From positions 1-42,144 of IMG/VR virus record IMGVR_UViG_3300028138_000002: 42,144 bases of DNA; one strand, given 5' to 3'. The translations under genes were made by a program, and so were the position numbers. This DNA comes from a virus. Taxonomy: Duplodnaviria; Caudoviricetes. Position 1 is the first letter of the stretch. Each line of letters begins with the position of its first letter. Below the pieces are notes generated by a model. The model ran no database searches. It saw only the letters and a list, made by a program, of their open reading frames with translations, and had not been told where the DNA came from. Of this stretch, positions 34,491-42,144 are shown piece after piece.

Positions 34491-34533
34491 CTCGACCGGC
34501 GTTCCTTCACGCATGCGATGGAGTAACGAGCAA

Positions 34534-35517
34534 ATGGCTCTTGGCTCACAGGGCGCCGCGCCAGCCAATACTTATATGGAAACCGCCGCCGTCGGGGTGC
34601 GTGAAGATCTCGCTGATGTGATCTATAGAATAGATCCAGAAGAATGCCCCCTTGTTAGTGCCTGTTCTCGGGTTTCCGCGAACCAGGTGCTTACCGAGTG
34701 GCTGGTTCAGGAGCTGAACGCAGCCTCCGATAACGCTCAGCCCGAGGGCTTCACCGCGTCCATGCAGGCGGTCGTCAAGCCCGTCAGGCTGAATAATGTT
34801 TGCCAGATCATGGCCCGCACGGTGGGCGTGTCGAACACGCTCCGCAGCGTCGACATGGTCGGCGGCGAGGACGAGTACAACCGCCAGCTCGTGTTGCGCG
34901 GCATGGAGATCAAGCGCGACCTTGAGCTTGCCATCACGTCGCCGCTGGTCCGCACGATCACCGATCCGCGTCATATGTCGGGGCTGCCCTGTTACATCAT
35001 CAACGGCTCGCGTGGCGCCGGCGCCGGCGCGATGCCGGTCGGTGACGGTTCCAACGCCGGCACGGCGGGGACACTGCGCGATCTGACGCTGGCGATGGTC
35101 GACGCGGCCACGCAGCAGTGCTGGCAGGCCGGCGGCAAGCCGACGCTCGGCATCATGTCCGGCAACGTGAAAGCGTATTTCTCGACACTTTCGCAAGGCG
35201 GCACGGGCAACGCGGTGGTGGCGCAGAACATCCAGAACGTCACCAGCGCCGAGTCCGTGACGATCATGGGCGCGGTGGACGTGTATCGGACCAATTTCGG
35301 AACGATCCAGCTGGCCCCCGATCGGTTCTGCCCGGCGCATCAGATCCTGCTGGTGTCGACGGATTACGTCGAACTGGCGCCGCTGCCGGGACGTGACATC
35401 GTGCAGCAGGACTACGCGGTCACCGGCGACAACAGCCAGGGCGGCGTGGTGTTCGAAGGCTGCATCAGGCCGACCGCGCCGAAATCGCACGCCTGGATCG
35501 CGGATCTGAACCAGTAG
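34534..35517 (+). CDS. major capsid protein (DUF5309/SU10-like HK97 fold)
   Basis: G.REDL.D.IY.I.PEE.P, EW....L, N..QI, E.KRD.E motifs; GGAG RBS; follows scaffold. Confidence 0.9.
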   Translation: MALGSQGAAPANTYMETAAVGVREDLADVIYRIDPEECPLVSACSRVSANQVLTEWLVQELNAASDNAQPEGFTASMQAVVKPVRLNNVCQIMARTVGVSNTLRSVDMVGGEDEYNRQLVLRGMEIKRDLELAITSPLVRTITDPRHMSGLPCYIINGSRGAGAGAMPVGDGSNAGTAGTLRDLTLAMVDAATQQCWQAGGKPTLGIMSGNVKAYFSTLSQGGTGNAVVAQNIQNVTSAESVTIMGAVDVYRTNFGTIQLAPDRFCPAHQILLVSTDYVELAPLPGRDIVQQDYAVTGDNSQGGVVFEGCIRPTAPKSHAWIADLNQ

Positions 35518-35518
35518 C

Positions 35519-35830
35519 ATGGGCGCGCTGCTTTATGAGCGGTTCGACCCGGTCACCGGTCGCTATACCGAGATCGAAACGGACGCCGAGGCCGGGCTGC
35601 TGATCACCCACAGCCAGGACACCCGTCCGATCGTGGAAAGCGCCAGGACGATCGCGGCGAACTTCGATCCGCTCGTGCGTCGCGACACGATCCATGTCGC
35701 GCGCATCCCGGTGGTGATCTGGCGACAGCTGCAGAAGCTCGGGATCGCGCAGGACGAAAAGCGGCTGAACGCGTGGCTGAACGAGCGAGATAATTCCGTA
35801 TTCAGAACGGACGACAGGAGTGTACTCTGA
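35519..35830 (+). CDS. conserved protein downstream of MCP
   Basis: QD..PI.E, HVARIP.V, WLN..DN..FRT motif. Confidence 0.75.
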   Translation: MGALLYERFDPVTGRYTEIETDAEAGLLITHSQDTRPIVESARTIAANFDPLVRRDTIHVARIPVVIWRQLQKLGIAQDEKRLNAWLNERDNSVFRTDDRSVL

Positions 35831-36324
35831 TGGCTCTCGCGACAACCTCGACCCCGACCTCGGCGCCGGGCATGGCGCCCACCCCGGGTGTCGCCATGCA
35901 GTCCCCGGCGCCGCTGCCCTCGACCAGTACGGCACCGCTGCCGCCGACGCTCCATGACGATATCGACCCGGTGCTGTTGCTGCGGCTCTACCCCGACAGC
36001 AGCGGCGAGGAAGCCCGCGCCGCCGCCATCGCGGCCGGCGAGGAGCGCGCCGCGCAAAGCGAGGACGTGATCGCCTCGCAGAACGAACCGGTGGTCATCG
36101 AGGGTGACGGCAGCACCCCCGAGGAGCGCGATGCCCGGGCGCGCGAGGCCAGGACCCGCCCCGCGGCTGGCGCCAGGGCGGCGAGGCCGGGGGTGAACAA
36201 CCCGCCCAACATGGTGACCCCCGGGGCGCCGCAGCCGCCATACCCGCCCTCGCAGCCGTTGCAGCAGACACAGTACTCGCAGCAGCAGTCGCAGCAGTCG
36301 CAGCAGTCGCCCCGGCAGCGGTAA
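35830..36324 (+). CDS. low-complexity Pro/Ala/Gln-rich hypothetical protein
   Basis: TGATG coupling; (cagcagtcg)x3 at 36283-36309 encodes QQS repeats. Confidence 0.6.
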   Translation: MALATTSTPTSAPGMAPTPGVAMQSPAPLPSTSTAPLPPTLHDDIDPVLLLRLYPDSSGEEARAAAIAAGEERAAQSEDVIASQNEPVVIEGDGSTPEERDARAREARTRPAAGARAARPGVNNPPNMVTPGAPQPPYPPSQPLQQTQYSQQQSQQSQQSPRQR

Positions 36325-36333
36325 TCCCATCGC

Positions 36334-36996
36334 TTGGCCTCCTACCAGCAGCTGCAGGACGATGTCGCGGGCTGGCTGAACCGCCGCGACATCGCGTCCC
36401 GTATCCCCGCCTGGGTCCTCATGGTCGAGACGGAGATCGCCGAGACGTTGCGCGCCCGTTGCATGGTCACGTCGGGCATCCAGCCGATCGACGCGCCCTA
36501 CATCACGCTGCCGGTTGACTTCGCGCAGATGGAAAGCATCCGCGACGCGACGTCGGGTGAGCTGCTGGAGCTGAAGGATGAGTGGTCGGGGCACTGGACC
36601 TCGCCCTACAGCGACGCGTGGCGCGACGGCGCGCTGGTGGTCACCACGCGGGCCTGCACGCAGTATCGTCTGGTGCATGATTGCATCGAGTTCCTGCCGC
36701 ATCCGGTGATTCCCGATCCGCCCGACCCGGCATGGAAACCGCAACAGGTGCTGATGGGCTGGTATGCGAAGCCGAAACCGCTGCTGCTGCCGTCCGATAC
36801 CAATTCGGTGCTGGAGAACCTCTACGCGGTCTATCTGTTCGGCGTGTGCAAATATGGCGCGATGTTTGAACTGGACGACGATCGCGCGCAGCAGATGGAC
36901 GCGGCGTGGCAGCAGACGGTGACAAGGGCGAACCTTTGGAAGCAACAATCAGACTACGGCGGCGCGCCGTTGCGGGCTGAGCTGGTGAGCTTCTGA
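36334..36996 (+). CDS. head-tail adaptor (tail tubular protein A-like)
   Basis: Y..LQ..VA.WLNR.D....IP.....E..I...LR, LP.DF, YL.G motifs; TTG start. Confidence 0.8.
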   Translation: MASYQQLQDDVAGWLNRRDIASRIPAWVLMVETEIAETLRARCMVTSGIQPIDAPYITLPVDFAQMESIRDATSGELLELKDEWSGHWTSPYSDAWRDGALVVTTRACTQYRLVHDCIEFLPHPVIPDPPDPAWKPQQVLMGWYAKPKPLLLPSDTNSVLENLYAVYLFGVCKYGAMFELDDDRAQQMDAAWQQTVTRANLWKQQSDYGGAPLRAELVSF

Positions 36997-39680
36997 TGCC
37001 CATCGTCCTCACCCGCGCCAGCAAGCAGGAAGCCCGCTACAAGGCGCTGGGCGGGGTCGAGCATTGTTCCCGTTGCCGGTTCTTCATGCCGCAGGGCACC
37101 TGCGGGCGCATCATCGGGCCGGTTTCGCCGGAAGGCTGGTGCAGGTTCTATTCGCGCGAGATGGTGCAGCGGTGGTCCAATCCCGGCTATGCCGGCGGCG
37201 GGGCCGCGCCGCCGACGCAGGATTTCGACTTCACGCAAGGCGTCATGCCGCCCGCTATCACGTTCACGCGCGGCTCGTCAGCCACGTATTTTGATAACGC
37301 CGGGGTAATGCGGACGGCCGGTAACGGCGTGCCCAGGTTCGATTACGACCCCGGAACACTGGTGCTGCGTGGTCTGCTGATGGAAGAGCCGCGCACCAAC
37401 TCAATTCGCAACTCAATGATGACCGGCGCGGTCCCAGGCTCGCCCGGCACGCTGCCGACGAACTGGGGCCTGCAGCAGACCGGCGGACTGACATGGAGCG
37501 TGATCGGCACGGGCGTCGAGTCCGGTATCACGTATATCGACGTGCGCCTGACCGGAACGACGACGAATAACACGCCGTCGTTCATTCATTTCGAGCCGAA
37601 TACGACGCCGTGGGCCGCGTCGGTCGGTCAGATCTGGGCTTCAAGCTTCTACGTTCGTCTGGTCGGCGGATCGCTGTCGGGCCTGACCCAGATGTCGCCG
37701 CTGCTGTTCGAAACGCCATCCAACGCGCAACATGCCTCGCCCCCGGTCTGGCCGACCAACGCGCCGCTGAACGTGCAGCGCGTGTCGCTGAACTACACGC
37801 TGGCGACGGCGGGCACGACGGGTGCGTCCCTGTCGTTCAAGGTCAACGTGACGGGCAGCGGGGTCGCGGTCGACGCGACGTTTCGCATCGGCGCCCCGCA
37901 GGCGGAGCTGGGCCAGTCACCGAGTAGCTTCATCGCGACGACGAACGGCGTGGTGACGCGACCGCAGGATGTCGCCGCCGTGCCGGCCGGCGCGTGGCTC
38001 AGCCCGACGACGCACACGCTGGAAGCGGACTATCAGGTGCCGTTCGCGTCGCTGACAGCGGGCGTGACGAACGCCGCCGCCGCGCTGGACGATGGAACAT
38101 TCAGCAATCAATATGTCTTGCGCTGCGCCCCGGGCGGCCAGATGGTCGCGGCGGCGTTTTCCGCGAACGCGCTGGTCAGCAACATGGTTGGCGCCGCTTA
38201 TTACGCCAACGTCACGCAGAAGCTCATCAGCACGTTCGACAGCGCGGGCCTCGCCGGAACCGGCGTCGTGAACGGAGCCACTCCCGCTCCGTTCACCTTC
38301 ACCGCCGCGCCGATCGGGCTTTCGCGGCTCGTCATCGGCTCTGGCCGCTCGAGCGTGCTGAACGGCTGGGTGCGCCGCGTGCGCTACTGGCCACGGTTGC
38401 TTTCGAACGCGGAACTGGTTCAGGCGACCCCGGGTGAAGCCTACACGGTGGATTTCACCATCAACGGCGAGATCCCCCCGGGGATCAACACGACGCGAAA
38501 CTCAATCGCGTCGTATTTCGACAGCACCGGAACGATGCAGACCGTGCCGGTCCATACACCGCGCCAGGACTTCGATCCGACAACGCTGGCGATGCGCGGT
38601 CTGCTCGTGGAGGAGACGCGGACCAACAGCATCCTCAACAGCACGATGGTCGGCGTCGTCGCGGGCACGCCGGGCACTGATCCCACCGGATGGACCGTGG
38701 GCGTTGGTGGCACCGGTCTGACGAGACAGATCGTCGGCACCGGTGTCGATCGCGGTATCGCCTACGTGGACTATCGTTTCACCGCCCCAACAACGGTGGC
38801 GGGGAACATGACGTTTGTCTTCACGGGCGCGCAGGCCGCCGGGGTCGCGGCGGCGGCGGGCCAGGTGTGGACGCAATCGCTCTATATCGCCCTGGCCGGC
38901 GGCACGATGCCGCCAAACACGGGAGCGCTGCACCGGCTGAACCAGTGGGATGCGACGCCCGCCAATCTCGGCGCGATCACCGGCCCGGGCGCGTCAATCC
39001 CGACGACGGCGCCGCTCGCCACGCAACGTCAGCGCGGCGTGTTCCCGGCGCTGGCGGCGAACTGCGCGTGGATACAGCCGTTCTGGTTGCTGGGCATCGC
39101 CGCTTCCGCGTCGCCCGTTGATTTCACGCTCCGCGTCGGCGCGCCGCAGCTGGAACTCGGTGCGTTCGCGACGTCGTTCATTCCGACGACGAACGCCACG
39201 GTCACCCGGATCAACGACATCGTCACTTACACAAACGCGCCGATCAACGCCGCCGCCGGGTCGCTCGTGGCGGAGGTGTTCCTGCCGCAGGTGCCGACAG
39301 CGAACAACAACATCGAGTTCGCGTTCATCGACCAGGGTTCTACGACCGATTGCATGGGCCTGCGTCAGGCCGGCTTCGCTGGTCAGGCGACGATCACCTT
39401 CTGGGTCGGTAACGTGAACCAGATGTCGCAGAGCATGGGCACCGCGCTCAACGCCAACGCGGTCAACAAGGTCGGTCTGACCTATGATCGGACCAGTCTG
39501 GCGGTCACCGGCTCATCGAATGGCTCGGCGCCGATCGCCGGCACGTCAGCCGCGTTGCCGTCACCCACGCGGATGACGTTCGGCTCGGGACGGAACACTC
39601 TCATCAACGGCCATGTCCGTAAGATCACGTACTGGCCACGCGCGTTGACCGACGCCGAGTTGCGACAGGCGACGACATGA
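36996..39680 (+). CDS. putative virion fibre/spike protein: N-terminal HiPIP-like Cys domain plus two tandem ~410-aa beta-sandwich (LamG-like) repeats
   Basis: N-terminal Y..C24xxC27..C36..PEGWC49; repeats DFT.G..P..I..TR.S.A.YFD..G...PR.D.DP.TL..RGLL.EE.RTNSI...YWPR.L..AEL. Confidence 0.75.
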   Translation: MPIVLTRASKQEARYKALGGVEHCSRCRFFMPQGTCGRIIGPVSPEGWCRFYSREMVQRWSNPGYAGGGAAPPTQDFDFTQGVMPPAITFTRGSSATYFDNAGVMRTAGNGVPRFDYDPGTLVLRGLLMEEPRTNSIRNSMMTGAVPGSPGTLPTNWGLQQTGGLTWSVIGTGVESGITYIDVRLTGTTTNNTPSFIHFEPNTTPWAASVGQIWASSFYVRLVGGSLSGLTQMSPLLFETPSNAQHASPPVWPTNAPLNVQRVSLNYTLATAGTTGASLSFKVNVTGSGVAVDATFRIGAPQAELGQSPSSFIATTNGVVTRPQDVAAVPAGAWLSPTTHTLEADYQVPFASLTAGVTNAAAALDDGTFSNQYVLRCAPGGQMVAAAFSANALVSNMVGAAYYANVTQKLISTFDSAGLAGTGVVNGATPAPFTFTAAPIGLSRLVIGSGRSSVLNGWVRRVRYWPRLLSNAELVQATPGEAYTVDFTINGEIPPGINTTRNSIASYFDSTGTMQTVPVHTPRQDFDPTTLAMRGLLVEETRTNSILNSTMVGVVAGTPGTDPTGWTVGVGGTGLTRQIVGTGVDRGIAYVDYRFTAPTTVAGNMTFVFTGAQAAGVAAAAGQVWTQSLYIALAGGTMPPNTGALHRLNQWDATPANLGAITGPGASIPTTAPLATQRQRGVFPALAANCAWIQPFWLLGIAASASPVDFTLRVGAPQLELGAFATSFIPTTNATVTRINDIVTYTNAPINAAAGSLVAEVFLPQVPTANNNIEFAFIDQGSTTDCMGLRQAGFAGQATITFWVGNVNQMSQSMGTALNANAVNKVGLTYDRTSLAVTGSSNGSAPIAGTSAALPSPTRMTFGSGRNTLINGHVRKITYWPRALTDAELRQATT

Positions 39681-39693
39681 GCGAGGACGTCTG

Positions 39694-40113
39694 ATGCCCG
39701 GCAGCGCCACCTCCTACCTGCGTCAGATGGTGCTTGGGCACACGCTCGGCTTCCTCGGCTACGCGATGCCGCAACCGGCCTTCGTCGGGCTTTGCACGAC
39801 CGCCCCGAGCGGCACGGCGACCGGCGTCGAGGTTGTCGGCGGCGGCTACACGCGCCAACAGGGTGCCTACGGCATGGTAGCCGGGCGCAACGATCTGGCG
39901 GCCAACACGGCGACGATCGAATGGGCGCCGGCGACGGCGACCTGGGGCGTGATCGGCTGGTTTGAGCTGTGGGACGCGCTGACCGGCGGTAACCGGCTCT
40001 ATTGGGGGCCTCTGGTCGATCCGGTCGACGGCGTGACGCCGATCACCCGGCAGATCCTGACGGGTGACATTATGCGGATGTCCGCCGGCGCGCTGATCGT
40101 CCAGGCGATCTGA
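39694..40113 (+). CDS. conserved phage structural protein (tail-associated)
   Basis: YL...L.H, VGL.T..P.....G.EV.GGGY.RQ, ATATWG.I, DA.TGGN.L motifs. Confidence 0.75.
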   Translation: MPGSATSYLRQMVLGHTLGFLGYAMPQPAFVGLCTTAPSGTATGVEVVGGGYTRQQGAYGMVAGRNDLAANTATIEWAPATATWGVIGWFELWDALTGGNRLYWGPLVDPVDGVTPITRQILTGDIMRMSAGALIVQAI

Positions 40114-40114
40114 C

Positions 40115-40513
40115 GTGGCGACGACGCCGCGTCCCTACGGCACCGGGCCTTACGGCATCGGTGTCTACGAACGCTATCTGGGCACGCTTTACGATGTCGG
40201 CGGCGCCAGTCAGATACAGCTGCAGGCGAAACTGGCGGCGCATCGGGTCTATCGGGCGCGTGCCGCCAGCCAGATCGTGTTCGGGGCGCATTCGGTGCTG
40301 CTGCGCCTGGTGCTGGCACGGGGCGCCACCGGGGTGACGTTCACATCCCAGGCGGCGGTGGCACGGGTCAGGATAGTGCATCCGGTGACACAAATCGAGT
40401 TCGTCGTGTCCACCGTCGCGCTGGAGAACTGGACCGCCCTGGCGGTTTGCGCCGCCGGCGGCTGGGGGCCGCCGCCTGACTGTGAAACAGGGACGTGGGG
40501 ACAGGCGGCATGA
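40115..40513 (+). CDS. putative structural protein with YGxGxYG motif
   Basis: GTG start; RPYGTGPYGIGVY; ATGA overlap with the tail fibre gene. Confidence 0.6.
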   Translation: MATTPRPYGTGPYGIGVYERYLGTLYDVGGASQIQLQAKLAAHRVYRARAASQIVFGAHSVLLRLVLARGATGVTFTSQAAVARVRIVHPVTQIEFVVSTVALENWTALAVCAAGGWGPPPDCETGTWGQAA

Positions 40514-42144
40514 GCGGCACTGATTACACCCTGACACCGAATTATGGCCTGTTCAAACCGGTCCCCGGCATGGACGCCGATGTCTGGGGCGGCCACTGGA
40601 ATCAGAACGCCGACAAGCTCGATACGACAATGAAAGGTTTCCTGCCGCTGGCCGGCGGCACGATGCTCGGCGACCTGATCCTGAACAGAGATCCGACCCT
40701 CGCGTTGGGCGCGGCGACGAAACAATACGTTGATAATACGTTTATCACCCCGGCGACGGGAGACGCCCGCTGGGTGAACGTGACCGGCGACACGATGACC
40801 GGCGACCTGATCCTGAACGCGAACCCGACCATCGCGTTGCAGGCGGCGACGAAGTCTTATGTCGACACCAACACGATCACGCCGGCGGCGGGTGATGCCC
40901 GTTGGGTAAACACGACCGGCGACACGATGACCGGCCCGCTGAGTATCGTCAACTCGCTGGCGATCAACGCGGCGGCCGGGAGCTGGTCGAGCCTCACCAT
41001 GACGCGCGTGTCCGGCCAGGGCGCGCAGATCGCCGGCTACACCGGATCAAATCCGCGCTGGGCCATGACTCTCTGCGACGCGACGGTGGAGGGCGGCGGC
41101 AACGCCGGGTCGAATTTCAACATTAGTCGTTTCGATGACGCGGGCAATTATCTTGGCTCGCCGCTCTCCATTACACGCTCGACCGGCGTCGTGAACATCG
41201 CGCAGGCGCTGGGCGTGGGCGGCGCGCTGACTGTCAACGGTCTTGTCGGCGTCAACAACAACATCCTGGCGCAGAATGGCGGCGGCAACGCTTTCATCGG
41301 TTCGCACCATGTCGGCAACAGCGCCGTCGGGATGTGGAACGCCAACAATGTCCTGTATTTCGGTAACGCTGACGCCGCCGGGGTCGCTCAGGCGCCACAG
41401 CGCGCGTATCTCGACGCGGGCGGGTCGCTGAACATCAGCGGCAACTTAGTCAGCCAGGGCTACATCATGAACGCCGGCGGCGTCATGTATGTCGCCGGGA
41501 ACTACAACTATTACATGGGCCGCGACAACACCAACGGCCTGTGGCGGATCGTCGACAACGGAAACGTCCTGTCGAGCATGGACGCCAACGGCGCCATGAC
41601 GTTCGCGGGAACAGTCATGGCCGGGGGCGGGATTTATCCCGACAACAGCGGTCAGTGGACTTTGTATAACGACGGGAACAGCAACCGCGTTTTCAGATGG
41701 CAGGGCGGCTATCTTCACAGCTGGAGCGCCACCAGCGGCGCGCTGTCCTACTTTGTTCCGCTGGGTAATCAATGGTATTTCCCCAACGACGGGTCGGGGA
41801 TCAACTGGATCGCGTGGGTCGGTGGCGTCGGCCCTTATCGCGACGTCTCCGATGAGCGAACCAAGACCGACATCGCCCCGGCCGGGCACGGCCTCGACGC
41901 GGTCCTCGCGCTTCAGCCGATCCTGTTCCGCAGATGGTTCCAGGGGAAGAAGGATTACGCCGATCGCGTGGAACTCGGCTTCGGCGCGCGACAGGTGCGT
42001 GATGTGCTGCCCGAGGCGGTGACCGAGGTCGCGCGTTCACCGCGACAATGGGACGCGCCCGGCACGCCCGTCAGCGGCGATCCGATCCTCGCCGTCGCGC
42101 TCACGCCGATCGTCGCGGCGGTGGTCAACGCGGTCAAAACACTG
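40510..42144 (+). CDS. tail fibre with C-terminal intramolecular chaperone (peptidase S74); continues across the join to 169 (~558 aa)
   Basis: Open frame from ATG 40510; GGTM.GDL.L..DP.....AATK.YVD repeats; SDERTKTDI...L.PILF...GF.A..V..VLPEAV. Missing from the ORF track because the stop lies past the join. Confidence 0.9.
   Translation, partial: MSGTDYTLTPNYGLFKPVPGMDADVWGGHWNQNADKLDTTMKGFLPLAGGTMLGDLILNRDPTLALGAATKQYVDNTFITPATGDARWVNVTGDTMTGDLILNANPTIALQAATKSYVDTNTITPAAGDARWVNTTGDTMTGPLSIVNSLAINAAAGSWSSLTMTRVSGQGAQIAGYTGSNPRWAMTLCDATVEGGGNAGSNFNISRFDDAGNYLGSPLSITRSTGVVNIAQALGVGGALTVNGLVGVNNNILAQNGGGNAFIGSHHVGNSAVGMWNANNVLYFGNADAAGVAQAPQRAYLDAGGSLNISGNLVSQGYIMNAGGVMYVAGNYNYYMGRDNTNGLWRIVDNGNVLSSMDANGAMTFAGTVMAGGGIYPDNSGQWTLYNDGNSNRVFRWQGGYLHSWSATSGALSYFVPLGNQWYFPNDGSGINWIAWVGGVGPYRDVSDERTKTDIAPAGHGLDAVLALQPILFRRWFQGKKDYADRVELGFGARQVRDVLPEAVTEVARSPRQWDAPGTPVSGDPILAVALTPIVAAVVNAVKTL
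42018..42144. repeat. terminal overlap, copy of 1-127
   Basis: Exact identity with the window start. Confidence 0.95.

Noticed and set aside
36283-36309. (cagcagtcg)x3 as a phase-variation tract
   Set aside because: An in-frame 9-mer at a low-complexity C-terminus; copy-number change would not switch expression.
36996-42144. Diversity-generating retroelement acting on the fibres
   Set aside because: No reverse transcriptase and no template/variable repeat pair differing at adenines; the repeats are diverged protein-level duplications.

Overview
The window looks like a complete ~42.0 kb, high-GC (roughly 70% by eye) podovirus-like dsDNA phage genome assembled as a circle. Bases 1-127 are identical to 42018-42144, and a tail-fibre gene reads in frame across that join. 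Modules: (i) + strand tail and ejection genes (169-10823), (ii) a - strand APSE/BPP-1-like replication block (family A DNA polymerase, DUF2815-like SSB, DUF2800-like nuclease, SNF2 helicase, Xis-like HTH; 11.3-18.4 kb), (iii) a divergent promoter region and a cassette of small early genes (18.4-21.0 kb), (iv) primase-helicase, putative origin, RuvC-like resolvase, TerS, TerL and portal (21.1-29.5 kb), and (v) head, adaptor and fibre genes (29.5-42.1 kb). I recognise no integrase, CI-type repressor, RNA polymerase, tRNA or canonical endolysin. Promoter style suggests an alphaproteobacterial host (weak inference). The most unusual elements are a HiPIP-like 4-Cys domain fused to a putative virion protein, a DNA-glycosylase-fold protein with an overlapping small partner gene in the head module (candidate injected effector/immunity pair), a recurrent [GS]LLG motif in putative ejected proteins, a twin-hairpin structured leader upstream of the major capsid gene, and an antisense PDQGLP-repeat gene between scaffold and capsid. 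All family assignments come from motif recognition by eye, not database searches.
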